DNA of 53,960 nucleotides from a virus (Duplodnaviria; Caudoviricetes): IMG/VR virus record IMGVR_UViG_3300032214_001699, positions 1 to 53,960 of that record; one strand, 5' to 3'. Shown piece by piece: positions 9,655 to 18,401 of this stretch (position 1 is its first letter; each line of letters starts with the position of its first letter). The notes under the pieces were generated by a model. It saw only the letters and a program-made list of their open reading frames with translations, ran no database searches and was not told where the DNA came from. The position numbers and the translations under genes were made by a program.

Positions 9655-10092
9655 TTATATAGTTTTCTCTTTTATTTTATCCATTTCTTCTAGAAGAATC
9701 TGTATTTTCGGATTAGTCTTGCAAATCTTTTTTAATTTTTTAAAGATTCCACCATATCTTTTCTTATCATTCCTATAATCGAGATTTCCCCTAAGTGCTT
9801 TGTGAACTGCTGATTGCGTAATTCCTAAAGACTCTGCGATCTGATTTTGCGTCTTGCCAACAAGAACCATATAAAGAATCTTTCTCTGGTGCTCTGTTAG
9901 AAAGTCTCCATTAATTATTTCGTAAACCTGTTCCAAAAGATCAGATCTCAAATCTACCAACTCTTCCGATAACGAATTCTCGGCAAGAACTCCCGCTATT
10001 CCTTTGTCCTCAGAGAAGTTATTTAGTTTGCTCTGGTCAAAAGATATTTCAACGATTCTGTGTTGATAATTTTTGCTTCTGTTTTTCTTCAT
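9655..10092 (-). CDS. Sigma-70 region 4-like HTH transcription factor
   Basis: LTEHQRKILYMVLVGKTQNQIAESLGITQSAVHKAL is a typical sigma region 4 HTH; no region 2 is visible. Likely ATG at 10092. Confidence 0.7.
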   Translation of the reverse strand: MKKNRSKNYQHRIVEISFDQSKLNNFSEDKGIAGVLAENSLSEELVDLRSDLLEQVYEIINGDFLTEHQRKILYMVLVGKTQNQIAESLGITQSAVHKALRGNLDYRNDKKRYGGIFKKLKKICKTNPKIQILLEEMDKIKEKTI

Positions 10093-10856
10093 CACCACTC
10101 CAATGGAAGAATTTGATTTACCTCGTTGAAAAAATCTTCTTTTGCTTTCCCTGAATTCAAAAAATACTCTCCAGCATCTTTATAGCCAGATGGCAAACCT
10201 AAAAATCTAAGCTTAGCGCCTTTACTTATGAATTTATTATAAATCTGAGAAGATGATTTTTTTCCACCATCATCCATATCTAAAAAGAATGTAATTTTGT
10301 CGGTGTATCTTGATAGTTTTATGAAGTGGTTTTTTGAAAACGCAGTTCCGCAAACAGCGACTGTATTGGTTATACCGGAATCAAACATACTCATTTGATC
10401 AAAGTAACCTTCAACAACAAAAACATTTTGATTTAGTAGAATATCCCTCCTGGCGAGGTTTAAACCAAATAAAAAATTTGTTTTTTTAAACTTGCTATTC
10501 TTATATTTGGGGATATCAAGGATTGTTCTTTCATTTTCAGAGAGCATGGTCCTACCAGCCAATCCCATTGGATTTCCATATTCATCGCGAATTGGAAAGA
10601 TTATGGAATAATAATCTGAAAAGTCGCTAGAACCATCATAATTCATCATGCCAATTTTTTTTAGAAATTCTTCAGAGACATGTTTGCATAATGTTTTTAT
10701 GTTCTTTGGAAAAAATCCAAGCTGATATGTCTTAAACATATCTGTTGAAATTTTTCTCTCGTCAAACAGATAGTCTTTACCGACCTTTGTTTTTTTTAAG
10801 TTTTGATGACAAATATCTATTAGATTGTTTAGCTCCACAATCTCATTCTGATTCAT
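10092..10856 (-). CDS. dnaG: DNA primase catalytic core (DnaG-type, TOPRIM), lacking the N-terminal Zn-binding domain
   Basis: IIFPIRD..G..GRT, PKYKNS..FKK..LFGL, TOPRIM VVEGYFD, AVCGTAF, LDMDDGG, KDAGE. Confidence 0.9.
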   Translation of the reverse strand: MNQNEIVELNNLIDICHQNLKKTKVGKDYLFDERKISTDMFKTYQLGFFPKNIKTLCKHVSEEFLKKIGMMNYDGSSDFSDYYSIIFPIRDEYGNPMGLAGRTMLSENERTILDIPKYKNSKFKKTNFLFGLNLARRDILLNQNVFVVEGYFDQMSMFDSGITNTVAVCGTAFSKNHFIKLSRYTDKITFFLDMDDGGKKSSSQIYNKFISKGAKLRFLGLPSGYKDAGEYFLNSGKAKEDFFNEVNQILPLEW

Positions 10857-11208
10857 CTTCTTTCTCTGCGGTCACGGCATTTGGCTTCAGTTTTTCCATT
10901 GCATGGACCATCATCTGGCTAATTTGGATTGTGCAATTCTTAGTTTGACAGTCTATACCGTATGGAACGCCATTAATAACTGTTGTCTCAACCTTTTTAT
11001 TGCAATTAGAACAATTGAAGGTAAATGCTTTGTTTTTTGTCTTCATAAATATATCTTTGTTTCTTCGCATTGAAGATTTTGTATATTCAGAAACGTTAAC
11101 TATTTCCTCATCGCATTTTCTGCATATAACTTGATTTGTATCAAGGTCCAAAGATCCTTCTGTCATACCATCTGATTTCTTACATTTATTATTGCAGTTA
11201 AGAAGCAT
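10843..11208 (-). CDS. Double zinc-ribbon protein
   Basis: Four Cys pairs: CNNKC, CRKC, CSNC, CQTKNC. Confidence 0.7.
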   Translation of the reverse strand: MLLNCNNKCKKSDGMTEGSLDLDTNQVICRKCDEEIVNVSEYTKSSMRRNKDIFMKTKNKAFTFNCSNCNKKVETTVINGVPYGIDCQTKNCTIQISQMMVHAMEKLKPNAVTAEKEDESE

Positions 11209-11211
11209 TGC

Positions 11212-12048
11212 TCACTCCAGATCGTCAAAAGGTGTTTCTTCAGAATCCAAGCCTTCGTGACTACTTGACATGGATGATACTGGACCATCTCCAGACAGAT
11301 ATCTCTCTCTGCAAGCCTCTTCAAGCAGTTCCATTTTAACTGGATCTTGCAAATAATCTAGTATGGCTTGCTTGCCGTTAAACTTTTCATTTCCATAGGC
11401 ATAGGTTTTGTTATTAGGTCTATCAACCAGTCCCATTAGGATGGCGAGGTTTAGGACTTCTTCATTCTTATTAATTATGCCCTTTGTGTATTTAACGGTG
11501 TAGATCGCTTCTCGGTAGGGCGCTCCGACTTTATTTTTCTGAATTTTTGCCTTAACCTTGTGTCCGACGATTTCTTCATTTTCATCTTCGACGCGATTGT
11601 CGGCGCCATTCATTGGTGCCATATTGATCATCACGCTACAAGCGTGCTTTAGAGCTTTTCCACCTGGCGAAGTATTGTGATTCAGGAATCCGTTTGCATA
11701 ATAATTGTGAGTCTTGTCTATAGTGAAATCAACAACAAACATCTTTTCATCAAGTCTCTTTGCTTCAGGATGCTCATCCGCTCTAATAAACTTAGAGGCT
11801 TCATCACTATACACTAGGTGTCCCGCTGTTGCCTTTAGGCTTCCGATCTGATAATAAAAATAAACTGGCTCTTTTACGATTAAGTTTTGTATCAACGAGT
11901 ATACTTTTTCTCCGGTTTCAAAATCGAAGCTTTCAATCTCTATGCCGCTGGATGAGACATCGAATATTCCCGGTTTTGAAAAATCAAAGTTACCTGCAAT
12001 TCTATCAAAGAGCTCATTTACGCTAACTTCCTGTTCAACAAAATTCAT
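11212..12048 (-). CDS. recA: RecA C-terminal half fused to split-intein C-fragment (IntC)
   Basis: First 125 aa are intein-like (block B KATAGH; blocks F/G VVDFTIDKTHNYYANGFLNHN). Then TSPGGKALKHACS...GHKVKAKIQKNKVGAPYRE, the RecA segment after loop L2. Confidence 0.92.
   Translation of the reverse strand: MNFVEQEVSVNELFDRIAGNFDFSKPGIFDVSSSGIEIESFDFETGEKVYSLIQNLIVKEPVYFYYQIGSLKATAGHLVYSDEASKFIRADEHPEAKRLDEKMFVVDFTIDKTHNYYANGFLNHNTSPGGKALKHACSVMINMAPMNGADNRVEDENEEIVGHKVKAKIQKNKVGAPYREAIYTVKYTKGIINKNEEVLNLAILMGLVDRPNNKTYAYGNEKFNGKQAILDYLQDPVKMELLEEACRERYLSGDGPVSSMSSSHEGLDSEETPFDDLE
11674..12048 (-). mobile_element. Split intein C-fragment (125 aa), +1 residue Thr
   Basis: Own Met start, TxxH block B, terminal HN followed by T. 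Confidence 0.9.
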
Positions 12049-13099
12049 TTTGCGCTCCTATTGCTTTTTTAATTATACTGCGAAGCTCATCTCTGCTTTG
12101 ATGAATATCTTGTTCCCAAATTACAATAATATTATATCCGAGTGACTTTAGATTATTGATTCTTTTTTGGTCCTTTTCCCAGATATCTTTTGCTAAAACA
12201 TTTGACATTACAACGTGGTCAGGTGAAAATAATCTGGGGTCTGCGTGCCAAAATGTACCATAGCACTCTATTATTATTTTTTTTAACTCTATTTTAAAAT
12301 CAGGATAATAAGCATTATAATCAAATCTTGTTTCGTGCTCATAGACCCAATCCTCAGATAGCTCCGTTAGAATGCTTCCGACTATAAACTCATTTAAATT
12401 CATTTTGTAGCCGTTTAGACTAAATTTCTTTTTGTATCTCAGGCTTTTAATTCTACTCTCTCTTTCCTCTGGAGGTAGGTTTCTCCATCTCTCTTTTGAC
12501 TTTAAGGAGATTTTCATCAACCTCGCTGGATTATTTACCGCCGCTATGAAATTATCCTTCACTTCTTTTTTATTCATTGTCTCTAGAAAAGACTTAATCC
12601 TCTTTTCTTTTGACTCATTGGAATGCAAAACTGACACGACTTTTTCTTTGTATTCCGCATTCTCAAATCTTTTTTTTGCAGCAGCTTTAATTTTTTCAGT
12701 CGCACCAGCCCTTGATCTGGCTAAATTTTGTTTATATGATTCTTTTTCTACAGCTAAGTTATAATTTTCTCTTTCTTTTTGCTTTATCTTTTTTAAATAC
12801 TCGTTACAAAAATCAAGATCTTCTTTTTTTGGGTTACAATTTCCCACCCAAAAAGAAACGCAATATTCTATATTGAAATATTTTTTTCTAAAACTATAAA
12901 GTTTTTTTGCAATCTCTTCATCTTTAAAATAATAATGAAAATATTTTTCAGATGAAGATGATATTGGAATTCTCTTTCCATTTTCAGATATAAAGAATGG
13001 TTTCTCTTTTTTTAAGAATTCTTTTTTTAAACTTATTTTAAAACAAGGTTTATCTTTTAATATTGAAAATGAAAAATCAAAGTACTCAGATTCTAACAT
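12035..13099 (-). CDS. Free-standing Vsr-like/DUF559 homing endonuclease inside the fractured recA
   Basis: C-terminal YPDFKIELKKIIIECYGTFWH...KDQKRINNLKSLGYNIIVIWEQDI (Vsr-like PD/FWH/IWE motifs); Lys/Arg-rich helical repeats upstream; very AT-rich; sits between the two recA halves. Confidence 0.85.
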   Translation of the reverse strand: MLESEYFDFSFSILKDKPCFKISLKKEFLKKEKPFFISENGKRIPISSSSEKYFHYYFKDEEIAKKLYSFRKKYFNIEYCVSFWVGNCNPKKEDLDFCNEYLKKIKQKERENYNLAVEKESYKQNLARSRAGATEKIKAAAKKRFENAEYKEKVVSVLHSNESKEKRIKSFLETMNKKEVKDNFIAAVNNPARLMKISLKSKERWRNLPPEERESRIKSLRYKKKFSLNGYKMNLNEFIVGSILTELSEDWVYEHETRFDYNAYYPDFKIELKKIIIECYGTFWHADPRLFSPDHVVMSNVLAKDIWEKDQKRINNLKSLGYNIIVIWEQDIHQSRDELRSIIKKAIGAQNEFC

Positions 13100-13104
13100 C
13101 TCGA

Positions 13105-13150
13105 CCCCCCATACTCTACGTTTTTATTAGCACATAGAGTATGGGAGGGG
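13105..13150 (-). promoter_or_regulatory. Hairpin sequestering the RBS of the endonuclease gene
   Basis: 11-bp stem CCCATACTCTA/TAGAGTATGGG (13135-13145 / 13108-13118). The 3' arm runs into GGGGGG, ending 5 nt before the ATG at 13099; the loop contains CTAATAAAAA. Confidence 0.7.
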
Positions 13151-13154
13151 GAAA

Positions 13155-13895
13155 TTAAACCGCGTATCTAATCTTCACTCTTGTTGAGTATGGGTCTACG
13201 CACTCCGGATTCCCATAAAGAACGCCGGGATCCACCCTCAACTGGTTGATAAAAATAAGCGCAACGTTGGCTTCCGCCACAGCAGGCGTAAGCTTTTTTA
13301 GCTCTGTAGATAAAAACCGTGGCATTGGCGCCATATTTTGCTTTCCAACGGATGCATCTGCTTCCATTGGCGTATTCATTGCGGCAACAGAATCAACAAC
13401 TATAACTCCAAGATTTTTGAATCTTGGATCCTCACCCTCTTTAACTAGATCCAAAACGCCTTTAACACTTTTGGTTGTTTTTCCAGTAGCCTTATTTGTA
13501 GTTGTTTTTCCAATCAGTCCTTCGAATATTTTCTTTGCATCATTTGTTTTTGCAACGATTATTCTTGATGTATCTAGACCAAGAGATTTTGCCCAAGAAG
13601 CATCATATGTAAATTCCGCATCAATAAACATGGCCGTATTTGATGGATGCTCATCAAGCCAACTCTTCATACATAGGAGAGACAAGAGCGTTTTTCCGGA
13701 GGATTCCTTTCCTGCCAGTTGGATAATTCTACCTCTCGGCATTCCGCCAACGCCCAATGCATAATCAAGTGATGCACTACCGCTGCGAATTACATCATAA
13801 GTTCCGACGGTATCAATGTCGCCATCCAGATAAAGACAGTCATCACCAAATAGGGATAGAAGTTCCTTTTCCCCTTCAGAAGCTTTTTTACTCAT
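13155..13895 (-). CDS. recA: RecA N-terminal half ending in a 15-aa split-intein N-fragment
   Basis: SGSASLDYALGVGGMPRGRI, Walker A GKESSGKT, FIDAE, Walker B IVVDSVAAM, IFINQLR..GVLYGNPE, then CVDPYSTRVKIRYAV-stop. Confidence 0.95.
   Translation of the reverse strand: MSKKASEGEKELLSLFGDDCLYLDGDIDTVGTYDVIRSGSASLDYALGVGGMPRGRIIQLAGKESSGKTLLSLLCMKSWLDEHPSNTAMFIDAEFTYDASWAKSLGLDTSRIIVAKTNDAKKIFEGLIGKTTTNKATGKTTKSVKGVLDLVKEGEDPRFKNLGVIVVDSVAAMNTPMEADASVGKQNMAPMPRFLSTELKKLTPAVAEANVALIFINQLRVDPGVLYGNPECVDPYSTRVKIRYAV
13158..13202 (-). mobile_element. Split intein N-fragment (15 aa, CVDPYSTRVKIRYAV)
   Basis: Block A-like C-V-x-x-x-x-T-x-V pattern starting exactly where RecA homology stops (GNPE|C). 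Confidence 0.85.
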
Positions 13896-13912
13896 GTTAT
13901 CTCCAATTTTTT

Positions 13913-15556
13913 TCAGTAGTTATGATTTAGATTTGATGTTGAAGGTGGACGCCATCCAGCCGGAGGTTGCCACCCAGAAGGGTTTGCCAAATCTTCGGAT
14001 AGTACAGCCTCTGTATTTAGAAGAAGTAATGTTATACTTACCGCATTTTGAATGGCGGTTTTAGTAACCTTCTTTGGATCTAAAACGCCCATTTCAAGCA
14101 TATCGCCGTACATTCTCCCATGTAGATTATACCCATACCAATAATTATTTTCAGACAAAATTCTGGATTCGACCTCACTAGGATCTTGGTAGCCGTTCTC
14201 AATTATCTGATAAAATGGACGCTTGCACGCACGCACGAGCACGTCTGCAGCCGCTCGATACTCTTGTGGCACCTGCTCCATCCGTATTGAAGCTGCGGCC
14301 CTTAGAAGGGCAATTCCGCCCCCAGGAAGTATACCGGATTCTATTGCGGCCTTTGTTGCACAAACGGCATCTTCTACTCGATCTCCCTTCTCTCGTAACT
14401 CTGCTTCGGTTGAATACGCAACACCTATAACAGCTGCTTTGTTATTTAGAAACGCAAGTCTCTCTCTGATGTCTTTTCGATCCATATCTCCAATTACATT
14501 TTCGAGAGCTTCTCGATAAAGCTTGCTCTTCTCTCTTATCGAAGACTCATTTTTTCTACCACCAATAATTGTTGTGAAGTATCTTGAGACGGTTATTTTT
14601 TCTGCAAATCCTAAATCATGAACGACCGCACTCGAAAGAGGTAAGCCATGGTCTTCCCCATAAACCTTTGTCCCGCACAGAATTGCCAGATCGGATAACC
14701 ATTCGGAGTTATTCTTTCCCATCACCGGGTACTCTACCGTTACTGCATTAAGCCTTCCCTGCTTTCGGTTTAGAGCAATCATATCGATTGCCTCTTGCCT
14801 AATCGTCTTTGCAATGATAAGGATTGGTCGATTCTCCTTGTGAAGCTGCTCTAGAACTTGAACGAAATCTTGAACGTGAGTGATATCGCGCTCACAGATA
14901 AGCACATAAGCATTCTCTAGCGTGATTGGATCCTCGTCTTTCTTTAAGATTGCGGAGGTGGAATATCCAGCCTTTAGCTCTACGCCATCTGTATATTTCA
15001 CTCGGTTTTCTGTTCCAGCATAAGCTTCTGCGGTAACCAAACCATTTCTGCCAACCTTCTCAAAAGCTTCTGCAATCACAGAGCCAAGTCCGTTATCATT
15101 ATTCGCAGAAATTGAAGCAATATGTCTTATTTCATCAAATGACTCTATATCTCTAGAGTTCTGATCCAAATGTTTCAGTATGAGTGAGGTCGTGTAATTT
15201 AGACCGTCGCGAAAAAAGATTGGATTAATTCCAGAGGAAATTGTCTGCATACCCTCAGATAGAATTGCTTCTGCGAGAACTGTTGCTGTGGTTGTTCCAT
15301 CTCCAGCAACGTCCGCTGTTCGCCCAGCAACCTCTTTTATCAGCCTGCATCCAAGCTCTTCAACAGGATCTTCTAGTACAACCTCTCGTGCAACGGAAAC
15401 TCCATCTTTTGTGATTGTTGGTGCACCAACAAATTTGCCAAGGATGACATTCCTTCCATGTGGACCCATAGTCACTGAGACTGTTTTTGCCAGCTTCTTT
15501 GCACCAACAACAATCTTCTCTCTAGCTTCATTACCATAAACGATTATCTTTGACAT
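13913..15556 (-). CDS. groEL: Chaperonin GroEL-like #1
   Basis: Likely start MSKIIVYG at 15556 (GAGG RBS); TMGPHGRNV, ITKDGVSVA, GDGTTTATVLA, DRVEDA, GILPGGG, GVLDPKKV; unusual C-tail PSGWQPPAGWRPPS. Confidence 0.95.
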   Translation of the reverse strand: MSKIIVYGNEAREKIVVGAKKLAKTVSVTMGPHGRNVILGKFVGAPTITKDGVSVAREVVLEDPVEELGCRLIKEVAGRTADVAGDGTTTATVLAEAILSEGMQTISSGINPIFFRDGLNYTTSLILKHLDQNSRDIESFDEIRHIASISANNDNGLGSVIAEAFEKVGRNGLVTAEAYAGTENRVKYTDGVELKAGYSTSAILKKDEDPITLENAYVLICERDITHVQDFVQVLEQLHKENRPILIIAKTIRQEAIDMIALNRKQGRLNAVTVEYPVMGKNNSEWLSDLAILCGTKVYGEDHGLPLSSAVVHDLGFAEKITVSRYFTTIIGGRKNESSIREKSKLYREALENVIGDMDRKDIRERLAFLNNKAAVIGVAYSTEAELREKGDRVEDAVCATKAAIESGILPGGGIALLRAAASIRMEQVPQEYRAAADVLVRACKRPFYQIIENGYQDPSEVESRILSENNYWYGYNLHGRMYGDMLEMGVLDPKKVTKTAIQNAVSITLLLLNTEAVLSEDLANPSGWQPPAGWRPPSTSNLNHNY

Positions 15557-15564
15557 AAGACCTC

Positions 15565-16110
15565 TTACTTTGTCTTTTTTTGGTTTTTTATAGCGTGACA
15601 ATAAGCAACGGCAATTGCATCAGCTTGATCGAAATATTCCTTAGATATATTTCCAACCTTATTCAGGCCAACCTTAAAAGTTGGAAAGGTCGTCTTCATT
15701 AAGTTGAATATATCATCCTTTGATACGCTCTTGATATTTAAGCACTTTGATATTGTTGAGCGTATACTTGTTACCGGATATTTGTCAGTTTCAAATTTTA
15801 AAGTTTGCAAACAAATTAAAGAAGTTAGCTCATTAAAAAAGGATAGGACTATAATTGTTCTTGCCGTACTTCTTCCTGCCGTAAATCTGCTTGCATATGA
15901 TTCTACTGCAACATGATCTGGATTTTCTTTCTCAAGAAGTTCTTTTATTTTTTCAGACGCTTTCATGGCCCGAAATGTCAAACTTCCCTTTGATGATGGC
16001 GGCGGCTTGATATGACCCGTCTTTATCAGGCTCATGCTGTTATCATCGTATTCTATTATTGCGTACCCAATTGTGCTTGAAGATATATCTAAACCTAAAA
16101 CTTTTGGCAT
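15565..16110 (-). CDS. RuvC-like Holliday junction resolvase
   Basis: Likely start MPKVLGLDISSSTIGYAII at 16110; VAVES; DQADAIAVA (RuvC D-E-D-D acidic set). Confidence 0.85.
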   Translation of the reverse strand: MPKVLGLDISSSTIGYAIIEYDDNSMSLIKTGHIKPPPSSKGSLTFRAMKASEKIKELLEKENPDHVAVESYASRFTAGRSTARTIIVLSFFNELTSLICLQTLKFETDKYPVTSIRSTISKCLNIKSVSKDDIFNLMKTTFPTFKVGLNKVGNISKEYFDQADAIAVAYCHAIKNQKKTK

Positions 16111-16128
16111 AGATATAGTATACTGCAT

Positions 16129-16166
16129 AAAAAAAATGAGGCGAGTAATTTTGCATACTCGCCTCA
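16129..16166 (-). terminator. Rho-independent terminator after ssb
   Basis: 11-bp stem TGAGGCGAGTA/TACTCGCCTCA followed by T8 on the minus strand. Confidence 0.85.
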
Positions 16167-16184
16167 AGAAAATAGAGCTAAGTC

Positions 16185-16835
16185 TTAGTCGAAATCAAAG
16201 TTGAACTTTGAGCTCTTTCCGGCAGGAGCGGTCTTCTGCTGAGCAGCTTGAGTGAATTCCTCATCTTCGTCGTCTCCAGATGACCATCCGAGGAGCTTGC
16301 AAATCTCTTCATCTGGCATTGGGCTTGTAATCTTATCAAGATTGATGCGATCGTTAAAATCGACAAACTTCTGCTTTAGGCTTGACTCCAAAGCTTCCTT
16401 TGGATTCGGAGTAACAGTATATAGCGGCTGAGTTCCCTTTGGACCCTTGTTGATGCTGATATCGTATGCAGTAGCCTTTCCCCATTTTGGATTATTGATT
16501 AGGGTCTGAATTCCCTTGAAGATCTGGCTTCCAACCTCAAGTACTCGAAATTCATTGTCAGAACGATCCAAGACCTTGATTAGGTAGCTAGGCTGAATTC
16601 GAAAGCCAGCCTCTTCAAGGCGTTTGACAAGCGGCTGATTTCCCGTTGGACTCAAAATCTTCTTGCTTGAGCCGTCCTGAGTTGTAATCCAGTGAACATA
16701 AGTTCGGATGGGGTTACTCATAACTCGAACGACATTCTCGCCCTCTTTTAGTCGCATGAAATCTGATGGACGCTTCTCTTTTGTGGCGCTAACATCATTC
16801 CAATCAATTTCGCCTGAAGTGAGTTCTCGTGACAT
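16185..16835 (-). CDS. Single-stranded DNA-binding protein (gp32-like)
   Basis: FMRLKEGENVVRV...YVHW...VLDRSD..RVLEVG..IF...YDISI.K...YTV.P pattern; acidic/aromatic tail ending FNFDFD; strong RBS and terminator; recombination-gene context. Confidence 0.75.
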   Translation of the reverse strand: MSRELTSGEIDWNDVSATKEKRPSDFMRLKEGENVVRVMSNPIRTYVHWITTQDGSSKKILSPTGNQPLVKRLEEAGFRIQPSYLIKVLDRSDNEFRVLEVGSQIFKGIQTLINNPKWGKATAYDISINKGPKGTQPLYTVTPNPKEALESSLKQKFVDFNDRINLDKITSPMPDEEICKLLGWSSGDDEDEEFTQAAQQKTAPAGKSSKFNFDFD

Positions 16836-16894
16836 ATATTCTCCTTTTTTGTTTTTGTTGAACTAAGAATCAATTATCTTTTTACTGAATCAGT

Positions 16895-17455
16895 TTATTT
16901 CCACTCTATATCATCGCAAAAGTTTTCTTCCTCACTATTTGTTTTTTCGTGTTTTGGTAACTCTAACTCTGAATAATGTGGCGTTGCGGCAAATGTAGAA
17001 TACCCTGATGATGCTTCAATTCCATAATCCCTTTTCATGTATGATTTCAAAGAATAATGCCACATCGAAAAATATTTTACTTTGTTCTCAAGCCACATCT
17101 TACAAACTTTGGCAATCTCAAGATCTTCTTTTGCCGAAATAACTTCGGCATCACTCTGAATGAACCACTCTTTTTCTTTTGCTGTTTTTAGCCCTGCTTC
17201 TTTTGCCCTAATCAGGGCTGATTCTGCCTCAATTTTATCAAGACGAATTTTCTTTATTGCAATGTATTTATCAACCTGCGCAATCTTCTCTTGGCACAAG
17301 TCCTGTGCTTCTATTGTGGTTACCAGATATTTTTCTGCAATATTTGTATCGATAACTCCATTCTTTGGTAGCACACCACCAAGCTTAAGAATGGTTGTTA
17401 GATCCATATTTTCTATGGAAAATTCAGTGATGTTAACGACTGATTTGAACTTCAT
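16895..17455 (-). CDS. Possible UvsY-like recombination mediator
   Basis: All-helical; KEKEWFIQSDAEVISAKEDLE...WLENKVK...YSLKS resembles UvsY; directly upstream of ssb and near recA. Confidence 0.45.
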   Translation of the reverse strand: MKFKSVVNITEFSIENMDLTTILKLGGVLPKNGVIDTNIAEKYLVTTIEAQDLCQEKIAQVDKYIAIKKIRLDKIEAESALIRAKEAGLKTAKEKEWFIQSDAEVISAKEDLEIAKVCKMWLENKVKYFSMWHYSLKSYMKRDYGIEASSGYSTFAATPHYSELELPKHEKTNSEEENFCDDIEWK

Positions 17456-17496
17456 TCGACCATTCCCTTACCACCCCTATATTCTACGTCGGCCTT

Positions 17497-17811
17497 TTAT
17501 TCCGAATTGTTAATTTTATCTTCCATCTTTTTTATTCTACGCTCCATATTATCAACCTTATCTATAAAGGAATCTAGCCTCCTCATTCGTTGATTAAAGG
17601 AAACGTTTAATAAAAAATAAATGATAGGAACTGGAGTAACCTTCTGCAAGCTAGGGGATACTTGAATTATACATCCGGAATTATTCGTTTGAAATAAGCC
17701 AACAAAAGATTCTGCGCCGAAAATTTTTGATAAGCTCTCATAATACTGGAACTCCTCCTTTGTTAGAAGAATTTTTGTATTTGCAATATTTCGAATAGAT
17801 TCAGACATCAC
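17497..17811 (-). CDS. Hypothetical protein
   Basis: 104-aa ORF coupled to the upstream gene. Confidence 0.7.
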   Translation of the reverse strand: MMSESIRNIANTKILLTKEEFQYYESLSKIFGAESFVGLFQTNNSGCIIQVSPSLQKVTPVPIIYFLLNVSFNQRMRRLDSFIDKVDNMERRIKKMEDKINNSE

Positions 17812-18398
17812 TCTATCCTGCTTACACCCTTAAAAACCTTCTTTAGTGTTGGCGATGTGTCATACAGCTTTTTTAGCCTTTTTACACGGTCATCAACATC
17901 TTCGTCATCATCAGATTCAAAATCATCCTCATCGTCTGAATCCGAATCAGAAAGAACCTCTCTCCTAACTTCATTTCTTATTTCAGAGAGAGATTGGGCT
18001 CTAGAGACGGGTTTATGAGCTACTTTTGGTTTTTCTACCTCCTCTTCTTGTGCGCCCTCTCCGGACTCTTCTTCTGCTGCGAAATCATTCTGAGCGGGCT
18101 GGTATGTAACTTCGGGCACATTCTGAGGGGAGCCCGACTCCATTCTGTAAGCCTTTTCTAATTCAAACTTAAAAAATATACTAAGGTCGTATACAAGATT
18201 TTGAACAAGGTCTTTGTTCAGTTGTCCGGACAAGTTAATCATAAATTCTTGAGATTGAAGTTTTTTATTTATTGCGTTAATTTCACTAAAAACCGCATCC
18301 GAAAGCAGATTCGATCCACAGGACGGACAAAAGTTTTTAGCTATGCTAAATCGCATCTTATTGCTTACTTTAAAATTACACTTGATACAAGCAATCAT
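17808..18398 (-). CDS. Hypothetical protein, N-terminal Zn ribbon and acidic C-terminal region
   Basis: CIKC...CPSCG; tract DSDSDDEDDFESDDDEDVDD. Confidence 0.75.
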   Translation of the reverse strand: MIACIKCNFKVSNKMRFSIAKNFCPSCGSNLLSDAVFSEINAINKKLQSQEFMINLSGQLNKDLVQNLVYDLSIFFKFELEKAYRMESGSPQNVPEVTYQPAQNDFAAEEESGEGAQEEEVEKPKVAHKPVSRAQSLSEIRNEVRREVLSDSDSDDEDDFESDDDEDVDDRVKRLKKLYDTSPTLKKVFKGVSRIE

Positions 18399-18401
18399 TA
18401 A

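Noticed and set aside
12035-13155. Group I intron, or a simple frameshifted contiguous intein, interrupting recA
   Set aside because: Only 55 non-coding nt are present, too few for a ribozyme core. The three ORFs have their own starts and stops, and the split falls after block A rather than at the usual endonuclease position.
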